Source of the DNA: Phycisphaerae bacterium
Lineage (GTDB): Bacteria; Planctomycetota; Phycisphaerae; UBA1845; PWPN01
Length of the DNA stretch: 64,000 nt
Assembly: GCA_018003015.1 (NCBI GenBank)
Contig: JAGNEZ010000008.1
Location: 97,599-161,598, forward strand
Direction: 5' to 3'
In this document: positions 45,301 through 54,633 of the stretch, piece after piece
How positions within the stretch are numbered: the stretch's first letter is position 1
Layout: every line of letters starts with the position of its first letter
Notes under the pieces: model-generated
Seen by the model: only the letters and a program-made list of their open reading frames with translations
Database searches by the model: none
What the model was told of the DNA's origin: nothing
Translations under genes and position numbers: made by a program

Positions 45301-48300
45301 CCGCTCGGGAATAGAGACCCCAATCAAGCCGAGTCCGAATCATGGCCATCCGCAAGTTGGCGTCCTGGGGATAACGTTCCAAAAGGCGGCTATCGATCTC
45401 GTCGGCCAACTCCGGCCGATGGATCGAGAAGGCAACCTGACGCAGAAACCGGGTAAGGCGATCAAGCCGCGGATGGCGGGCGATGCGTGCCGTCGGTTTC
45501 TGCTTGCCCAGGGCGGTCAACTCCTCATTGACGCGTTTGAGCACATCGTGGTGCAACTGCTCCCGCTGGGCCTCGCCACGAGCCGCGTTGAGCAACCCGT
45601 TGCACGCCGCCTCGAAAAACTGGGTCATCTCATCTACATTGTTGGCTCGCGTGGTTCGCGGCTGGCCCTCGGCAACGGCCGGCCGGCTTTGCGGCTGAGA
45701 GGCTGAATCCGACCCCACCATGCCGGGCAGGCGGCGAAGCATCAGATCGGCGGCCCGGTAGTACTGGCTGAAGGCGCGGTCGTATTGCCCCAACTGCTCG
45801 CTGAGTGTGCCCGACCGGATCAGCAAACGCACGTTGTCCGGCTCTCCGATGAGCAGTTCGCGGATGATCCGGTCGGCGTGAGCGGGCAGGTTCGCGTCCT
45901 CGTAGTACGAGGCGACCTGCTGCTGAATAGCGATGAAGTCGCCGTCGAGAGCAGCTCGTTCGAAGACACGCTCGGCGAGCGTGAACTTGCCTTGCTTGAT
46001 CATGGCCTCGCCCAGGTCGAGGAACACGCTGGGGGGAACCTCCTCGTCCAGGGCCAGCAGCGATCGACCGAAGGCCACCTGTTGGGCGACGCGCCCATCG
46101 GCCTTCGCGCCTTCCATCAGTTCCCGCAGCAGCGCCCCGCGACGCTCACCGGCCACGACCACGCACTGCTCAAGAACCGACTCCATCTGCTTGCGGCGGC
46201 TCATGGTTTCCAGGAGATCGACCGCCAGCGGGTACAGAAAGACTTTCTCCGGCCAGGCCGCGATGCGTGCGTACACCCGCCGCACCGCGGAACGCATCAC
46301 CGCGGGTTTGGCCTGGAGATTGAGCAGGCCGTCGATTGCGACCGTGAACAGGTCGTCCTCTTCCGTTTCCTCAACGAGATTCTGAAACCGAACCACCGCC
46401 CGATCCGGCTGACCGGCGGCCTTCAGCGCGTTGGCCCAGAGCAGCAACACTTCGATGTGGTCCGGATGACGTTCCAGAACGCGTTCGTAAGCCCGGGCCG
46501 CCTCCTCGTGGAGCCCGATCATATCCAGCACACCCGCTCCAAACTCCTCGGCGGTGGGATCGTTCGCGGCAACCCTGTACAACTCGGTCAATGCCATTCT
46601 CGCGTCCTGGGGTTGCTGCCGTTCGATAGCCACCATGGCCAGCTGCTGCAGGTAGTCAGCCGCGTTCGCCGGGTCTGCGTCCATCAGTCGCCGCAGGGTC
46701 GCGTTGCACCGGCCGAACTGCTCGCAGTTCAGGTAGACCTTCGCCAGTCGCTTCAGCATCTCGACCTGTCGACCGCTTCGTTTCCCGAAGTCGTTCAGGA
46801 TCTCTGCCGCCGAGACAGCGTCGTTCGCGGTCGTGTAGATGTCGACCAGGAGCGACAGCCGGCGATCATCGGCCTGACCGGCGTCGAGCTGCTCCTCGAT
46901 CTCGACGGCCAGATCGGCGAGTTTCCCCGTGCGCGATGCCAGGTCGAGCATCCGCTCCTGGGCCTGCTTCAATCGGGCCGGCACCTGCGTGGTCTGCCAG
47001 AGATTCCGCCAAAGATCGAACGCCTCGCCGAACCGCTGGTTGTTCTCGAGCAACCACGCAACGAGCAGCAAGACGTCCTCGGCCTTGGTCTTCTCGTAGA
47101 TCTGCTGAAAAAGCCGGAGAGACTCGGCCTTGTCGCCATAGCGCTCCAGCGTCTCGGCCACCGGCTGGAGCAACCTGGGATCCTCCTGGGCCGCCGGGAC
47201 GATCTCACGCACCAGGGCGATGGCTTGGTCCGTTCCACCGCGCAGACGAACCAGATCAGCCTCGAACAGGACTGAGCGGATCCGGTCGGCCGTGCTCCGG
47301 CTTCCGGCCTTGCGGGCCGCCGCGAGAGCCACGTCATCGAGTGCCAGCTGCCTAGCTCCGTCCGCAATACCCATGAGCGAGGGCACGTCGTCAAACCGCT
47401 GAACAGCTTCACTGAACAGTTGGAGAGCCTCGTCGCGCCTTCCGTCGAGCAGCCGCAGGCGGGCGAGACTGACCCGCCAGACCGCTTGTCTCGGATCGCG
47501 TGCGAGCAGGTTCAGATACGCCGCTTCGGCCTCCTGGGCCCGGCCGGCGCCCAGAGCGATCGCCACAACCTCTTTCTGGAAGTCCGGCGATTGCAGCAGC
47601 TCCGCCTGCTCCGGCGTTTGGGCCGGGCGAGTGAGCAGCCGCATGGCGTCATCCGAACGGTTGAGCTCACGGAGAATCGCGATCAGCATAGCCAGGCGGT
47701 CAGCCGGCAGCTGGTCGATGGTCAGCCACTTGTCGGCCAGCTCTCCCAGCCCGCCCGCGTCGCGCCAGGCCGTGACAATGCGCTCCAGGGCGTACTGCCG
47801 GTCGCGAGCCAGAATCGCCCGGGCATACGCCAGCTCGAACTGGGGGCCCGCCTCGGCAGGCCGGTTCAGCCGAAGCAGGAACAGCCCGCGGAAAAGGTGA
47901 TCGTGATACTCGGTCTTCTCGCCGCCATCGCCCGGCTTCAGCAGTTCAACGGCCAGTTCGTCATCGCCGCAAAGCGACGCCAGGTAGGCACAGAAACGCG
48001 CCGCACCGACAACGTCCTTCCGCCGGCTCGCCACGTCGCGCAGGATCGCACCCGCGGCCACCTTGTCGCCGGCGTCGTACAAGATCATGGCCTGCCGGGT
48101 CTTCAGAGCGAGAAGCTCCTCCTCCCCCGGCTGGGCGGCGATCGCTTTCTCCAGCCCTGCCAGGGCCGCCTTATCGCTGCCCCGCAATTCCTCGATCCGG
48201 GCCAGCTCACTGAGCAGGCGGGCGTCAGCCGGACCGCTCTGCGCCAATTCGACGAGCATCTGCTCGGCGGTCTCGAGATCACCCCGTCGCTTGGCCTCCA

Positions 48301-50980
48301 TCGCGGCAGCCAACGAGACCGACGCGCTCGCCGGCCGAGATACCGGCAGGCTCGCCACGGCAGCGGCTGCCTCGCAAGGCGCCGGGCCCACCGTGCAGAT
48401 CATCCCCGCAAAAAAAGCCGCCGCCGCCCCAGGCCCGGCGCGTCCCGGCCATCTCCGCACGGCCACGTTGATCAGGAACAGCACCAGGGATGCGGCGGTC
48501 AGCCAGGGCCACAACTCGATCGTCGCCTTCGCCGCAGCCGATCCGGCTCTCGCCACCGTCGTCACTTGCCGGCGCATGTCGGCCAAGTCCTGCATCAACG
48601 CCACATCCGGGCCGACCGCGTTGACTTCACGGGCCGGCGGAACGACCAGTGCAGCCTCTCCGCGCCTGCTGCCGTCCGCCAACACGGCGGACACGCGGTA
48701 CGTCCCCGGTGGAAGGCCGGCCACTCGGTGGTTCCACTCGCCAGGTGATACCGGATCGAGTGTCCACCGCCGTGCCTCTCCAGAGCCACCAACCACACCG
48801 AGCTCGACCGCCTGGCTGCCGGTGCCCGAGGCCAGCATCTGGTTGGCAATTCGCAGTTCGATCGCCCCCGGACGCATCACCGGCTCGATGCGCAACGCCT
48901 GTCGCGCGTTGGGGCCATACAAGCCGCGAGCCAGGTTGGACATCAAACGCGCGTAGGGCGGCCATTGAGATAAACCCCCCGTCCATTCGCCGCCGAGTTG
49001 CGAAGTGAACGCCGCCGCGGCTCCGAGTCCGAAATGCCATCGAGCCAGAATCGGGTGTCCCAGGCTCGACGCCAGAAGGAGATCAGCCGTCGGGCGAGCT
49101 TCGGTTTGCACGTATCCTTGAAGGGCGGGTGCCGCACCGAAATCCGTGCTCTCGGTCATCGCGTCTGCTCGACGCACCATCAGGGAGGTCGGCTGCTCGA
49201 TGAACGGAGCGAGCATCGAACTCTCCGGCTGCTTGACGATTACCTCCGGCAGATTGAAGCGATCCGGGGAAGAGTAGAACCGTCCACGACCCCAATGGGC
49301 CAAGCTGGCCAGGAAGGCGGAGTGAGCCCCAGGTCCGACCATGACCGTGGAGACAGTCATGCGGTGATCGGCCATCCTCCGAATCAACGGCTCGAACGCG
49401 CCGGTCTCGACACCGCCGTCGGTCAGCACGAGTACGTGCTTGGTGCGCGTGTGCACGTTCTGCAGGGCATAGTAGGCCTCCTCGATGGCCGGAAGGATGA
49501 CCGTGCCTCCGCTCGACGACAGGCGGTTGAGCGCCCGCTGAAGATCAATGGCGTTCGAGGCCGGCTGGATGGGCGCTGCCCATCGCTTGGCCCCGTAGAA
49601 CTCAACAATGCCGACCTTGTCATGGGGGCTCAGCCGCGAGATCGCCAGACGAGCGACTTCACGGGCCAGGTTGACGCGCGTGTCACCCATGCTGCCCGAC
49701 GTGTCGATGATGATCACCAGCGTCACGCTGGGGTCCTGCCTCTCGACTTCCTGCGAAAACCGCACGGGCATGACTTCAGCGAGAGGAGTGCCGGCGTAAC
49801 CACCCGGTCCGAACGACCTCCTTCCACCGGTCACCAGAAGGCCCATTCCCCTCACCACGCTCTCCCTGATCCGGACTTGCAGGTCGGTACCCAGGCTCTC
49901 GGCCGTGGTATCGGCGACGACCAGAAGATCCGCCTCGTTCAGGGCATCGGACGCTCCCAGACCTCCAAGAGGTATCCGAGTAACCTGCGCTGCCTTGCCG
50001 AGCATCGCAGCCAGGGCGGCGGTGGCCGGCGCCGCCGGGTTCTCCTCGATCACGCCCACCTGCCGAGGGGGCATGACCTCGACCGCGGCACTCAACGTGT
50101 TGTTGCCGTCCAAGGTGTCCGCCGAGCTCTCGATGCTGACCGTGTATTCGGCAAGCCCCTCATCTTCGAGGACCAGCGGCATGGTCAACACCTGGGAATC
50201 AGCCGAGAGGTTCACAGCCTGCGTGATCTCGCGCCCGTCACGGTTGCGGCGGACCGCCAGCCGGCCGGGTGCGGCTGACGCGCTCTGTACCTCGGCGATC
50301 AGGTTCACCGTAGCTCCGACAGCCGCAGCGGGAGGCAGCGACACGGACCGGAGCACGACCTCTTCGTTCCTGTGCGCACCGATGGTCCGCGCCTCGATCG
50401 ATATCCCACGCTGCCCAAGCCGAAAGGCCGCTGCTCGAGCGTCGCCACCGGTCTCAAGGCCGTCGCTGAACAGCACGATGCGATTATCGCCCCCGTCAGG
50501 AATCACCGCCCCGGCCAGCCCGAGAGCGTCGGCCAATGCCGAAGCCCCAACCATCGGTTGAGTGGTGGCTGCCTGCAATCGGCTGCCTGCGCTCCGCAGC
50601 TCAGCCAGACTCAGCGGTGCAAGTCCATCGCGATCGAGTTGAATCTCCCGGGCATGGCTGTCAAAAACCACAAGCCGAACGCGTTCATTCGGCTGGGTCT
50701 GTCTGGCGAGTACCTGCAAATCCGAGCTCACTACCTTCAGGTCTGCTTCACCCACGCTGGCCGACAGGTCAACCACCACCACAACGGTCCTGCCTCGCTC
50801 GCCCCGCTCGATCAACGGACGAGACAACGCCAGCACGAGCAGGATGTACGCTGAACACCGCAGACCGATGACCAACCCCGCCCGCACCCCGGACAAGCCC
50901 AACCGCGACGTGAAATGAAGGCCGGCCAGCAGTACAACCGGCACCAGCATCCACAACCACAGGGGATGTACGAAAACCAT
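42350..50980 (-). CDS. 2,876-aa BatA-N / vWA / GATase1-like / vWA / TM / TPR-solenoid megaprotein
   Basis: The N-terminus MVFVHPLWLWMLVPVVLLAG... is an aerotolerance-regulator-type double-TM domain. vWA-1 is at aa ~65-200 (VVDLSASVG). A GATase1-like block is LLVVADTTAE...GLLVTGG. vWA-2 has an intact MIDAS motif (IIIDTSGSMG, aa ~426; LVLTDGG). A TM segment lies at aa ~823-841 (LWPWLTAASLVLFLINVAV). About 1,990 aa of TPR-like helical repeats follow. Confidence 0.85.
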   Translation of the reverse strand: MVFVHPLWLWMLVPVVLLAGLHFTSRLGLSGVRAGLVIGLRCSAYILLVLALSRPLIERGERGRTVVVVVDLSASVGEADLKVVSSDLQVLARQTQPNERVRLVVFDSHAREIQLDRDGLAPLSLAELRSAGSRLQAATTQPMVGASALADALGLAGAVIPDGGDNRIVLFSDGLETGGDARAAAFRLGQRGISIEARTIGAHRNEEVVLRSVSLPPAAAVGATVNLIAEVQSASAAPGRLAVRRNRDGREITQAVNLSADSQVLTMPLVLEDEGLAEYTVSIESSADTLDGNNTLSAAVEVMPPRQVGVIEENPAAPATAALAAMLGKAAQVTRIPLGGLGASDALNEADLLVVADTTAESLGTDLQVRIRESVVRGMGLLVTGGRRSFGPGGYAGTPLAEVMPVRFSQEVERQDPSVTLVIIIDTSGSMGDTRVNLAREVARLAISRLSPHDKVGIVEFYGAKRWAAPIQPASNAIDLQRALNRLSSSGGTVILPAIEEAYYALQNVHTRTKHVLVLTDGGVETGAFEPLIRRMADHRMTVSTVMVGPGAHSAFLASLAHWGRGRFYSSPDRFNLPEVIVKQPESSMLAPFIEQPTSLMVRRADAMTESTDFGAAPALQGYVQTEARPTADLLLASSLGHPILARWHFGLGAAAAFTSQLGGEWTGGLSQWPPYARLMSNLARGLYGPNARQALRIEPVMRPGAIELRIANQMLASGTGSQAVELGVVGGSGEARRWTLDPVSPGEWNHRVAGLPPGTYRVSAVLADGSRRGEAALVVPPAREVNAVGPDVALMQDLADMRRQVTTVARAGSAAAKATIELWPWLTAASLVLFLINVAVRRWPGRAGPGAAAAFFAGMICTVGPAPCEAAAAVASLPVSRPASASVSLAAAMEAKRRGDLETAEQMLVELAQSGPADARLLSELARIEELRGSDKAALAGLEKAIAAQPGEEELLALKTRQAMILYDAGDKVAAGAILRDVASRRKDVVGAARFCAYLASLCGDDELAVELLKPGDGGEKTEYHDHLFRGLFLLRLNRPAEAGPQFELAYARAILARDRQYALERIVTAWRDAGGLGELADKWLTIDQLPADRLAMLIAILRELNRSDDAMRLLTRPAQTPEQAELLQSPDFQKEVVAIALGAGRAQEAEAAYLNLLARDPRQAVWRVSLARLRLLDGRRDEALQLFSEAVQRFDDVPSLMGIADGARQLALDDVALAAARKAGSRSTADRIRSVLFEADLVRLRGGTDQAIALVREIVPAAQEDPRLLQPVAETLERYGDKAESLRLFQQIYEKTKAEDVLLLVAWLLENNQRFGEAFDLWRNLWQTTQVPARLKQAQERMLDLASRTGKLADLAVEIEEQLDAGQADDRRLSLLVDIYTTANDAVSAAEILNDFGKRSGRQVEMLKRLAKVYLNCEQFGRCNATLRRLMDADPANAADYLQQLAMVAIERQQPQDARMALTELYRVAANDPTAEEFGAGVLDMIGLHEEAARAYERVLERHPDHIEVLLLWANALKAAGQPDRAVVRFQNLVEETEEDDLFTVAIDGLLNLQAKPAVMRSAVRRVYARIAAWPEKVFLYPLAVDLLETMSRRKQMESVLEQCVVVAGERRGALLRELMEGAKADGRVAQQVAFGRSLLALDEEVPPSVFLDLGEAMIKQGKFTLAERVFERAALDGDFIAIQQQVASYYEDANLPAHADRIIRELLIGEPDNVRLLIRSGTLSEQLGQYDRAFSQYYRAADLMLRRLPGMVGSDSASQPQSRPAVAEGQPRTTRANNVDEMTQFFEAACNGLLNAARGEAQREQLHHDVLKRVNEELTALGKQKPTARIARHPRLDRLTRFLRQVAFSIHRPELADEIDSRLLERYPQDANLRMAMIRTRLDWGLYSRAAAMAMPGTVAGRPPDELALMTYLTEPGCLDDAVARGEVTAALGVRLVPVLIMLGRDDQARLLLGEVRPAVAVESDKEKVVPMMVAAAMALDDAVLVQRWLAIWLDGCRRIKKGNTLAQSLEECVRLVWNRLTEQDRTRLLDEVAQIGAALDDKERVYVDQLRMKIAEGLGQPFPEIDALVQNAAQQASLGADALAQLLEKATPAKRPELVRAMVAAAKPAEQRMLILGLAGRLAFQPEKELADTLVGLFRSAPKVRVSGERGTATLAQTRWNHNPACPDVGFRLGEILLSENPNETAVLASVAVARETAGKHDEAVPLIKEALENLLGGKQMEYDQKRTLDSLIGIMRPADLDEAITDLADRQEIEPPTATVKFTHGLLLEAADRHTEALAAFRGAFELAPGNRIFSRKVITSMKESQRCAELAALLSSRLTKSTIMESYEWRTLTELYYDLFCPLAALATVHRDETPLAPVELMRILRRLGRPDDVRTTFRRFMTHNRDDGRFYTPFWPPDSAGGGMVEFFDRQRTPMWKRARLFEALADMPFAEEEYAGMLVGARPERRDVPGLIDGLLKATRINGTRDRLIGVLLDAQKRDALTVKDRLMLLALAVEGPAALPAPLADALAGMVPYLEPTDTVNLTTLARVCLSKGQAEQARHILRWLLAADSLKGRTLSRTDDRFSRIDQYLATWPERQRPEQKARLAALFSPTPVDGLSEEFDSAWLDRLTAEGDRAEVDRQVERLRRHLGAGTAAVRHRELRAAIARRDAAAGRFDAFRGEVKQLLDMIAQGDEILAQPYDSRDLLPPAVEMADPARFLGAIVSDIQARRTAGSLGASVATRHLCLMASWAAENGLRKEASAIVQACMKELGKEADDDWLWIADATRLCGDQAFAIDLETRLVGADMLPVARVPGLLDAVERARGQAIADELATRVAGYSDHPVVLERAIRRARKDGDAGAVKRYQARLDAISPPRPPTKVSSQPVK

Positions 50981-50983
50981 GGC

Positions 50984-52687
50984 TTAGGCTATCCTCCCCC
51001 GTGCGTGAAGGACGGCTTCCAGTAGAAACAACGCCAACGCCAGGGCCAGCAGGATCTCGAACGGAGCCGACCATCCCCAGCGCCCACTGCCGCTCGGAGG
51101 TTGGTCGCTCGCGCCGGCTCGAGGACTGGACAGATCGACCGCCGCTCTGCTGACGGGCATGGCCGTCACTTCCGTGGCCAGCGAAGTGCGTCGCGGCCAC
51201 AGCGGGTCCTCGAGCACCCGTTCCGGCGGAAGTACCACCGGATCCTCGTCCCAACCGGCCAGATAACGCAACGCTCGCGCCAGAAACACCGCAAACGGCG
51301 CTTGACGGACGAAGTCGGAATCAGTGGCCAGCAGAGCCGATCCCAGGATCACGCATGGAGCCGTGCCGCCGCCGTGGCAGGCCGCGAGCACAGCTCCGCC
51401 CGAGACCAACAAAGGTTGAGTCGAGCCTGGCAGCGCCCCGAGCGACGAACCCGCGCCGCAGGTCTGCCCGGCCACCTCCACGTCCACCTCCCGCAGCAGC
51501 GAGCACCTCAACGACACCTCGAGAGGACGACCGGCTTCGACGGCGGGGCCGTCGTTTCGCAACACCAACGACGGGCGCGGCAAGGTGCCAACCGGCGGAT
51601 CGACAACCACATCGATATCCCGCTCCAACCCATCCTCAACCAGTTGCACGGCCGGGTCGCTGCGAATGGCCGCGCGAACCGCCGCCGGCAACCACTGAGG
51701 ACCACCCACCCGAATCGCACTCCGATGGGGCAGCCGGAAAACCAGCTCGCGACCGACGACGTGACCTCCCGTTGAGGATAACGAGACGATCAAACGGTCT
51801 CCATCCGCCGGGAGATCCGATAGAGAGAAGTCCGCGCTCGCACCCGGTTCGACCGTCTCGGCGCGGCTCAACAGGCTCGCTCCACCCGCCCGGCGAATCT
51901 CAATTCTGGCCCTTTGAGGCTTACGACCTGCGGCGGCAACACGCACCGAGAATCGCCCTCGGAGCGAATGGTCGGCGTCAGGCTCGTAGACGGCCGACAC
52001 GATGCCCAGTCCATCGAGATCCTCACCGATCCGGACGACCTCGCACGGCACAGCTTCGGCACCGGCATCCGCAGCCGCGTCCGCAGGTACGTGATCGGTC
52101 AACAAGACCACACGCGGGTTGCCCCGTCCGTTGAGCAGCGACCGGGCCAGTCTTAGTCCCTCGCTGGTGACGGCAGGAACCGAAGCCGGCCGGATCTCGC
52201 GAAGACTTGAGGCGAGCGACACGATCGGCTGCTCAAACCCCAGCACCAGCCGCGGCCAGGGATCGACCAGGACCACCGCGACTCGATCGCCGGGCGACAG
52301 ACCCTTGATTCGTGCCTCAAGTGCGGTGATGGCGGCTTCCATCCGCGTTCCACCTGAAGAAGGAACCGGCGCGGCCATCGACGCCCCTGCGTCAAGCACG
52401 ATGACCTCATGCAGGCGGTTGGCGGCCTGCTCCGTCAGGCTCGGCTGGGCGAGCGCCAGGACTAGCAGCGTGCAAATCACCAGCAGAAGGGCATAGGTCA
52501 GCGGATGCCTGAAACGGTGCAGAATCGAACGGGCCCGCACACGTTCGACGGTCTCGGCCCAGAACAGCGTGGTCACGACCCGTACCGGCCTCGGACGAAC
52601 GCGAAGCAGATGCAGCACCGCCAGCATCGCCCCCGACGCGGCTACGATGGCCGCCGCCGCCCAGAATGGAATCCCCGCGAAGGTCAT
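50984..52687 (-). CDS. BatA-like membrane protein (aerotolerance-regulator N-terminal domain plus degenerate vWA-like region)
   Basis: 567 aa. The N-terminus is MTFAGIPFWAAAAIVAASGAMLAVLHLLRVRP...LTYALLLVICTLLVLALAQP. A degenerate metal-site block is VIVLDAGASMA. There is a C-terminal TM segment (FEILLALALALFLLEAVL). The stop is 3 nt before the next start. Confidence 0.75.
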   Translation of the reverse strand: MTFAGIPFWAAAAIVAASGAMLAVLHLLRVRPRPVRVVTTLFWAETVERVRARSILHRFRHPLTYALLLVICTLLVLALAQPSLTEQAANRLHEVIVLDAGASMAAPVPSSGGTRMEAAITALEARIKGLSPGDRVAVVLVDPWPRLVLGFEQPIVSLASSLREIRPASVPAVTSEGLRLARSLLNGRGNPRVVLLTDHVPADAAADAGAEAVPCEVVRIGEDLDGLGIVSAVYEPDADHSLRGRFSVRVAAAGRKPQRARIEIRRAGGASLLSRAETVEPGASADFSLSDLPADGDRLIVSLSSTGGHVVGRELVFRLPHRSAIRVGGPQWLPAAVRAAIRSDPAVQLVEDGLERDIDVVVDPPVGTLPRPSLVLRNDGPAVEAGRPLEVSLRCSLLREVDVEVAGQTCGAGSSLGALPGSTQPLLVSGGAVLAACHGGGTAPCVILGSALLATDSDFVRQAPFAVFLARALRYLAGWDEDPVVLPPERVLEDPLWPRRTSLATEVTAMPVSRAAVDLSSPRAGASDQPPSGSGRWGWSAPFEILLALALALFLLEAVLHARGRIA

Positions 52688-52700
52688 CAGTCTGTTCGCC

Positions 52701-53579
52701 TCATGTCACCAACACGCCGCCCGCGAACAAGTCGCTCAACTGGTCGAGCACCGGCCGATCGGCATTGAGACGCAAGTGAGCCGCCCGCTGCTGCAGCAGG
52801 GACTCGGCCAGCCGCGCGCTGAACGCCCGATACGCCTGCGCGTAACGGTCAAGTTCCTTCCCTGTGACGGTAACGTCTACTTCCGCTCCGGACTCGCAAT
52901 CGATGAGCCGCAGTTCTCCATCCACCGGCGGCCGAGCATCCGAGTCGCGCACCAATTGCACTACCAGCAGCCGGTGCCTCAATGAACCCAGTGCCCCGAT
53001 GACGGCTTCGACGCCCTGCGGATCAAAGAAATCGGAAATCACGACCACAAGGCCGCTCCTGAGTCTCAGCGTTCCGAACCGGCGAATCGACTTCACCAGA
53101 TCGGTGGGACCGGCCGGCGCAAGGCCATCAAGGAACTCCAGCGCATGTCGAAGTCGGTGCTTGCCCGAGAGACTGACTGCCGGCTGAACCAAGTCCGCTC
53201 CGAAGGGGTAGAGCCTGATGCGGTCAAACTGGTTCAGGCTCACCGCCGCCAGCACCCCTGCCATCTGGCGACCGCCGTCGGCCCGAGGGGGCGTCTCGAA
53301 GAACATCGAATCGCTGATGTCCACGAGAATGTAGACCGGCAAGTCCTCCGGCTCCTCGAAAAGCCGCAGGAACAGACGCCCGCTGCGCCGATACAGGCTC
53401 CAGTCGATCCGCCGCAAATCGTCACCAGGAACATAGGATCGGAAGTCGCGAAACTCCATTCCCGCGCCGAGATCGCGCGACCGGTGCTGCGCGTGGCGGC
53501 CACCAGCCAATACTTGCCGGGCCGTGATCCGCAGTCGCTCGATCGAACGAACGAAGTCCTCGGTGAACAGTGATGCCAT
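52701..53579 (-). CDS. DUF58 protein (vWA-fold partner of MoxR)
   Basis: Blocks GMEFRDFRSYVPGDDLRRIDWSLYRRSGRLFLRLFEEPEDLPVYILVDISDSM are diagnostic of DUF58. The ATG is at 53579 (MASLF); the track shows a TTG two codons upstream. Confidence 0.85.
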   Translation of the reverse strand: MASLFTEDFVRSIERLRITARQVLAGGRHAQHRSRDLGAGMEFRDFRSYVPGDDLRRIDWSLYRRSGRLFLRLFEEPEDLPVYILVDISDSMFFETPPRADGGRQMAGVLAAVSLNQFDRIRLYPFGADLVQPAVSLSGKHRLRHALEFLDGLAPAGPTDLVKSIRRFGTLRLRSGLVVVISDFFDPQGVEAVIGALGSLRHRLLVVQLVRDSDARPPVDGELRLIDCESGAEVDVTVTGKELDRYAQAYRAFSARLAESLLQQRAAHLRLNADRPVLDQLSDLFAGGVLVT

Positions 53580-53598
53580 GACCAACCCACGCGACGGA

Positions 53599-54624
53599 CT
53601 AGGAGGATAACTCGCTCACCGACCCAACCACCGCCTTCACCAGCTCATCGGTGTTCGCCCGGTCGGACTGCCCTTCGAAATTGAGCAGCACTCGATGGCG
53701 GAGTACCGGCAGGACTACATCGCGGACGTCCTGACAGGACACCGCGAACCGGCCGCCAAGCAGGGCTCGCACTTTGCCCATCAGCAGCAGACCTTGTGCC
53801 CCGCGCGGGCTCGAGCCGAGTGCCACGACCCGGTTGATCATCGCCGGGGCGTGCGGCGAACCGGGCTGCGTGGCCATGACCAGCCGGATCGCATAGCCAC
53901 GGACCTGATCGGTGACCGCCACCTGCCGGACGATCTGTCGCATCGCCATGACCTCCTCGCCGGTCGATACCGGCTCGATCGTGGGTATCTGCACCTCGGT
54001 CGTTCGCTGCAGAATCTGGTGATACTCCCGCTCCTGAGGGTAACCGACCATCAGCTTGACCAGGAAGCGATCCAACTGGGCCTCGGGTAGCGAATAGGTG
54101 CCTTCTTGTTCGATCGGATTCTGGGTCGCGACGACAATGAACGGCTCCGGTAGCTTCATCGTGCGCCGAGCCACGGACACCTGCCGTTCCTGCATGGCCT
54201 CAAGCAAGGCCGACTGAGTCTTCGGCGTGGCCCGGTTGATCTCGTCCGCCAGAATGAAGTTGGCAACGAGCGGCCCTTCGGCGAAACGCAGTTCATGCCC
54301 CCCACCCTCCTTCTCAGTCAGCATCATGGTACCGATGATGTCCGCCGGCATCAGGTCCGGCGTGAACTGGATGCGCGAGAACTGCAGCCGCAGTGCAGAA
54401 GCCAGAGTCCGGGCTAGGAGCGTCTTGCCCAGTCCGGGAACCCCCTCGAGCAGCACGTGACCGTCGGACAGTAGTACGGCCAACACGTTCTCGACCAGTT
54501 CATCGTGCCCGACAAAAACCTTGTGAACCTCTCGCTTGAGGCGGTCGAACACCTCCCGAAAGCGGCTTGCTTGTTCTTGCACGGCCGAGTCACTCCTCTG
54601 CACTGTCGGCATGGTCGAACTCAT
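53599..54624 (-). CDS. MoxR-family AAA+ ATPase
   Basis: 341 aa with Walker A GVPGLGKT, Walker B ILADEINRA, and QFTPDLMPADIIG and VVATQNPIEQEGTYSLPEAQLDRF, which are typical of the MoxR/AAA_3 family. Confidence 0.9.
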   Translation of the reverse strand: MSSTMPTVQRSDSAVQEQASRFREVFDRLKREVHKVFVGHDELVENVLAVLLSDGHVLLEGVPGLGKTLLARTLASALRLQFSRIQFTPDLMPADIIGTMMLTEKEGGGHELRFAEGPLVANFILADEINRATPKTQSALLEAMQERQVSVARRTMKLPEPFIVVATQNPIEQEGTYSLPEAQLDRFLVKLMVGYPQEREYHQILQRTTEVQIPTIEPVSTGEEVMAMRQIVRQVAVTDQVRGYAIRLVMATQPGSPHAPAMINRVVALGSSPRGAQGLLLMGKVRALLGGRFAVSCQDVRDVVLPVLRHRVLLNFEGQSDRANTDELVKAVVGSVSELSS

Positions 54625-54633
54625 GACCTAAAC

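Noticed and set aside
43811-50278. Series of plus-strand ORFs (239-496 aa) opposite the 2,876-aa gene
   Set aside because: All are antisense to a continuous 8.6-kb frame with recognisable vWA/TPR features. Their composition (R/G/P/Q/H-rich) indicates non-coding shadows.
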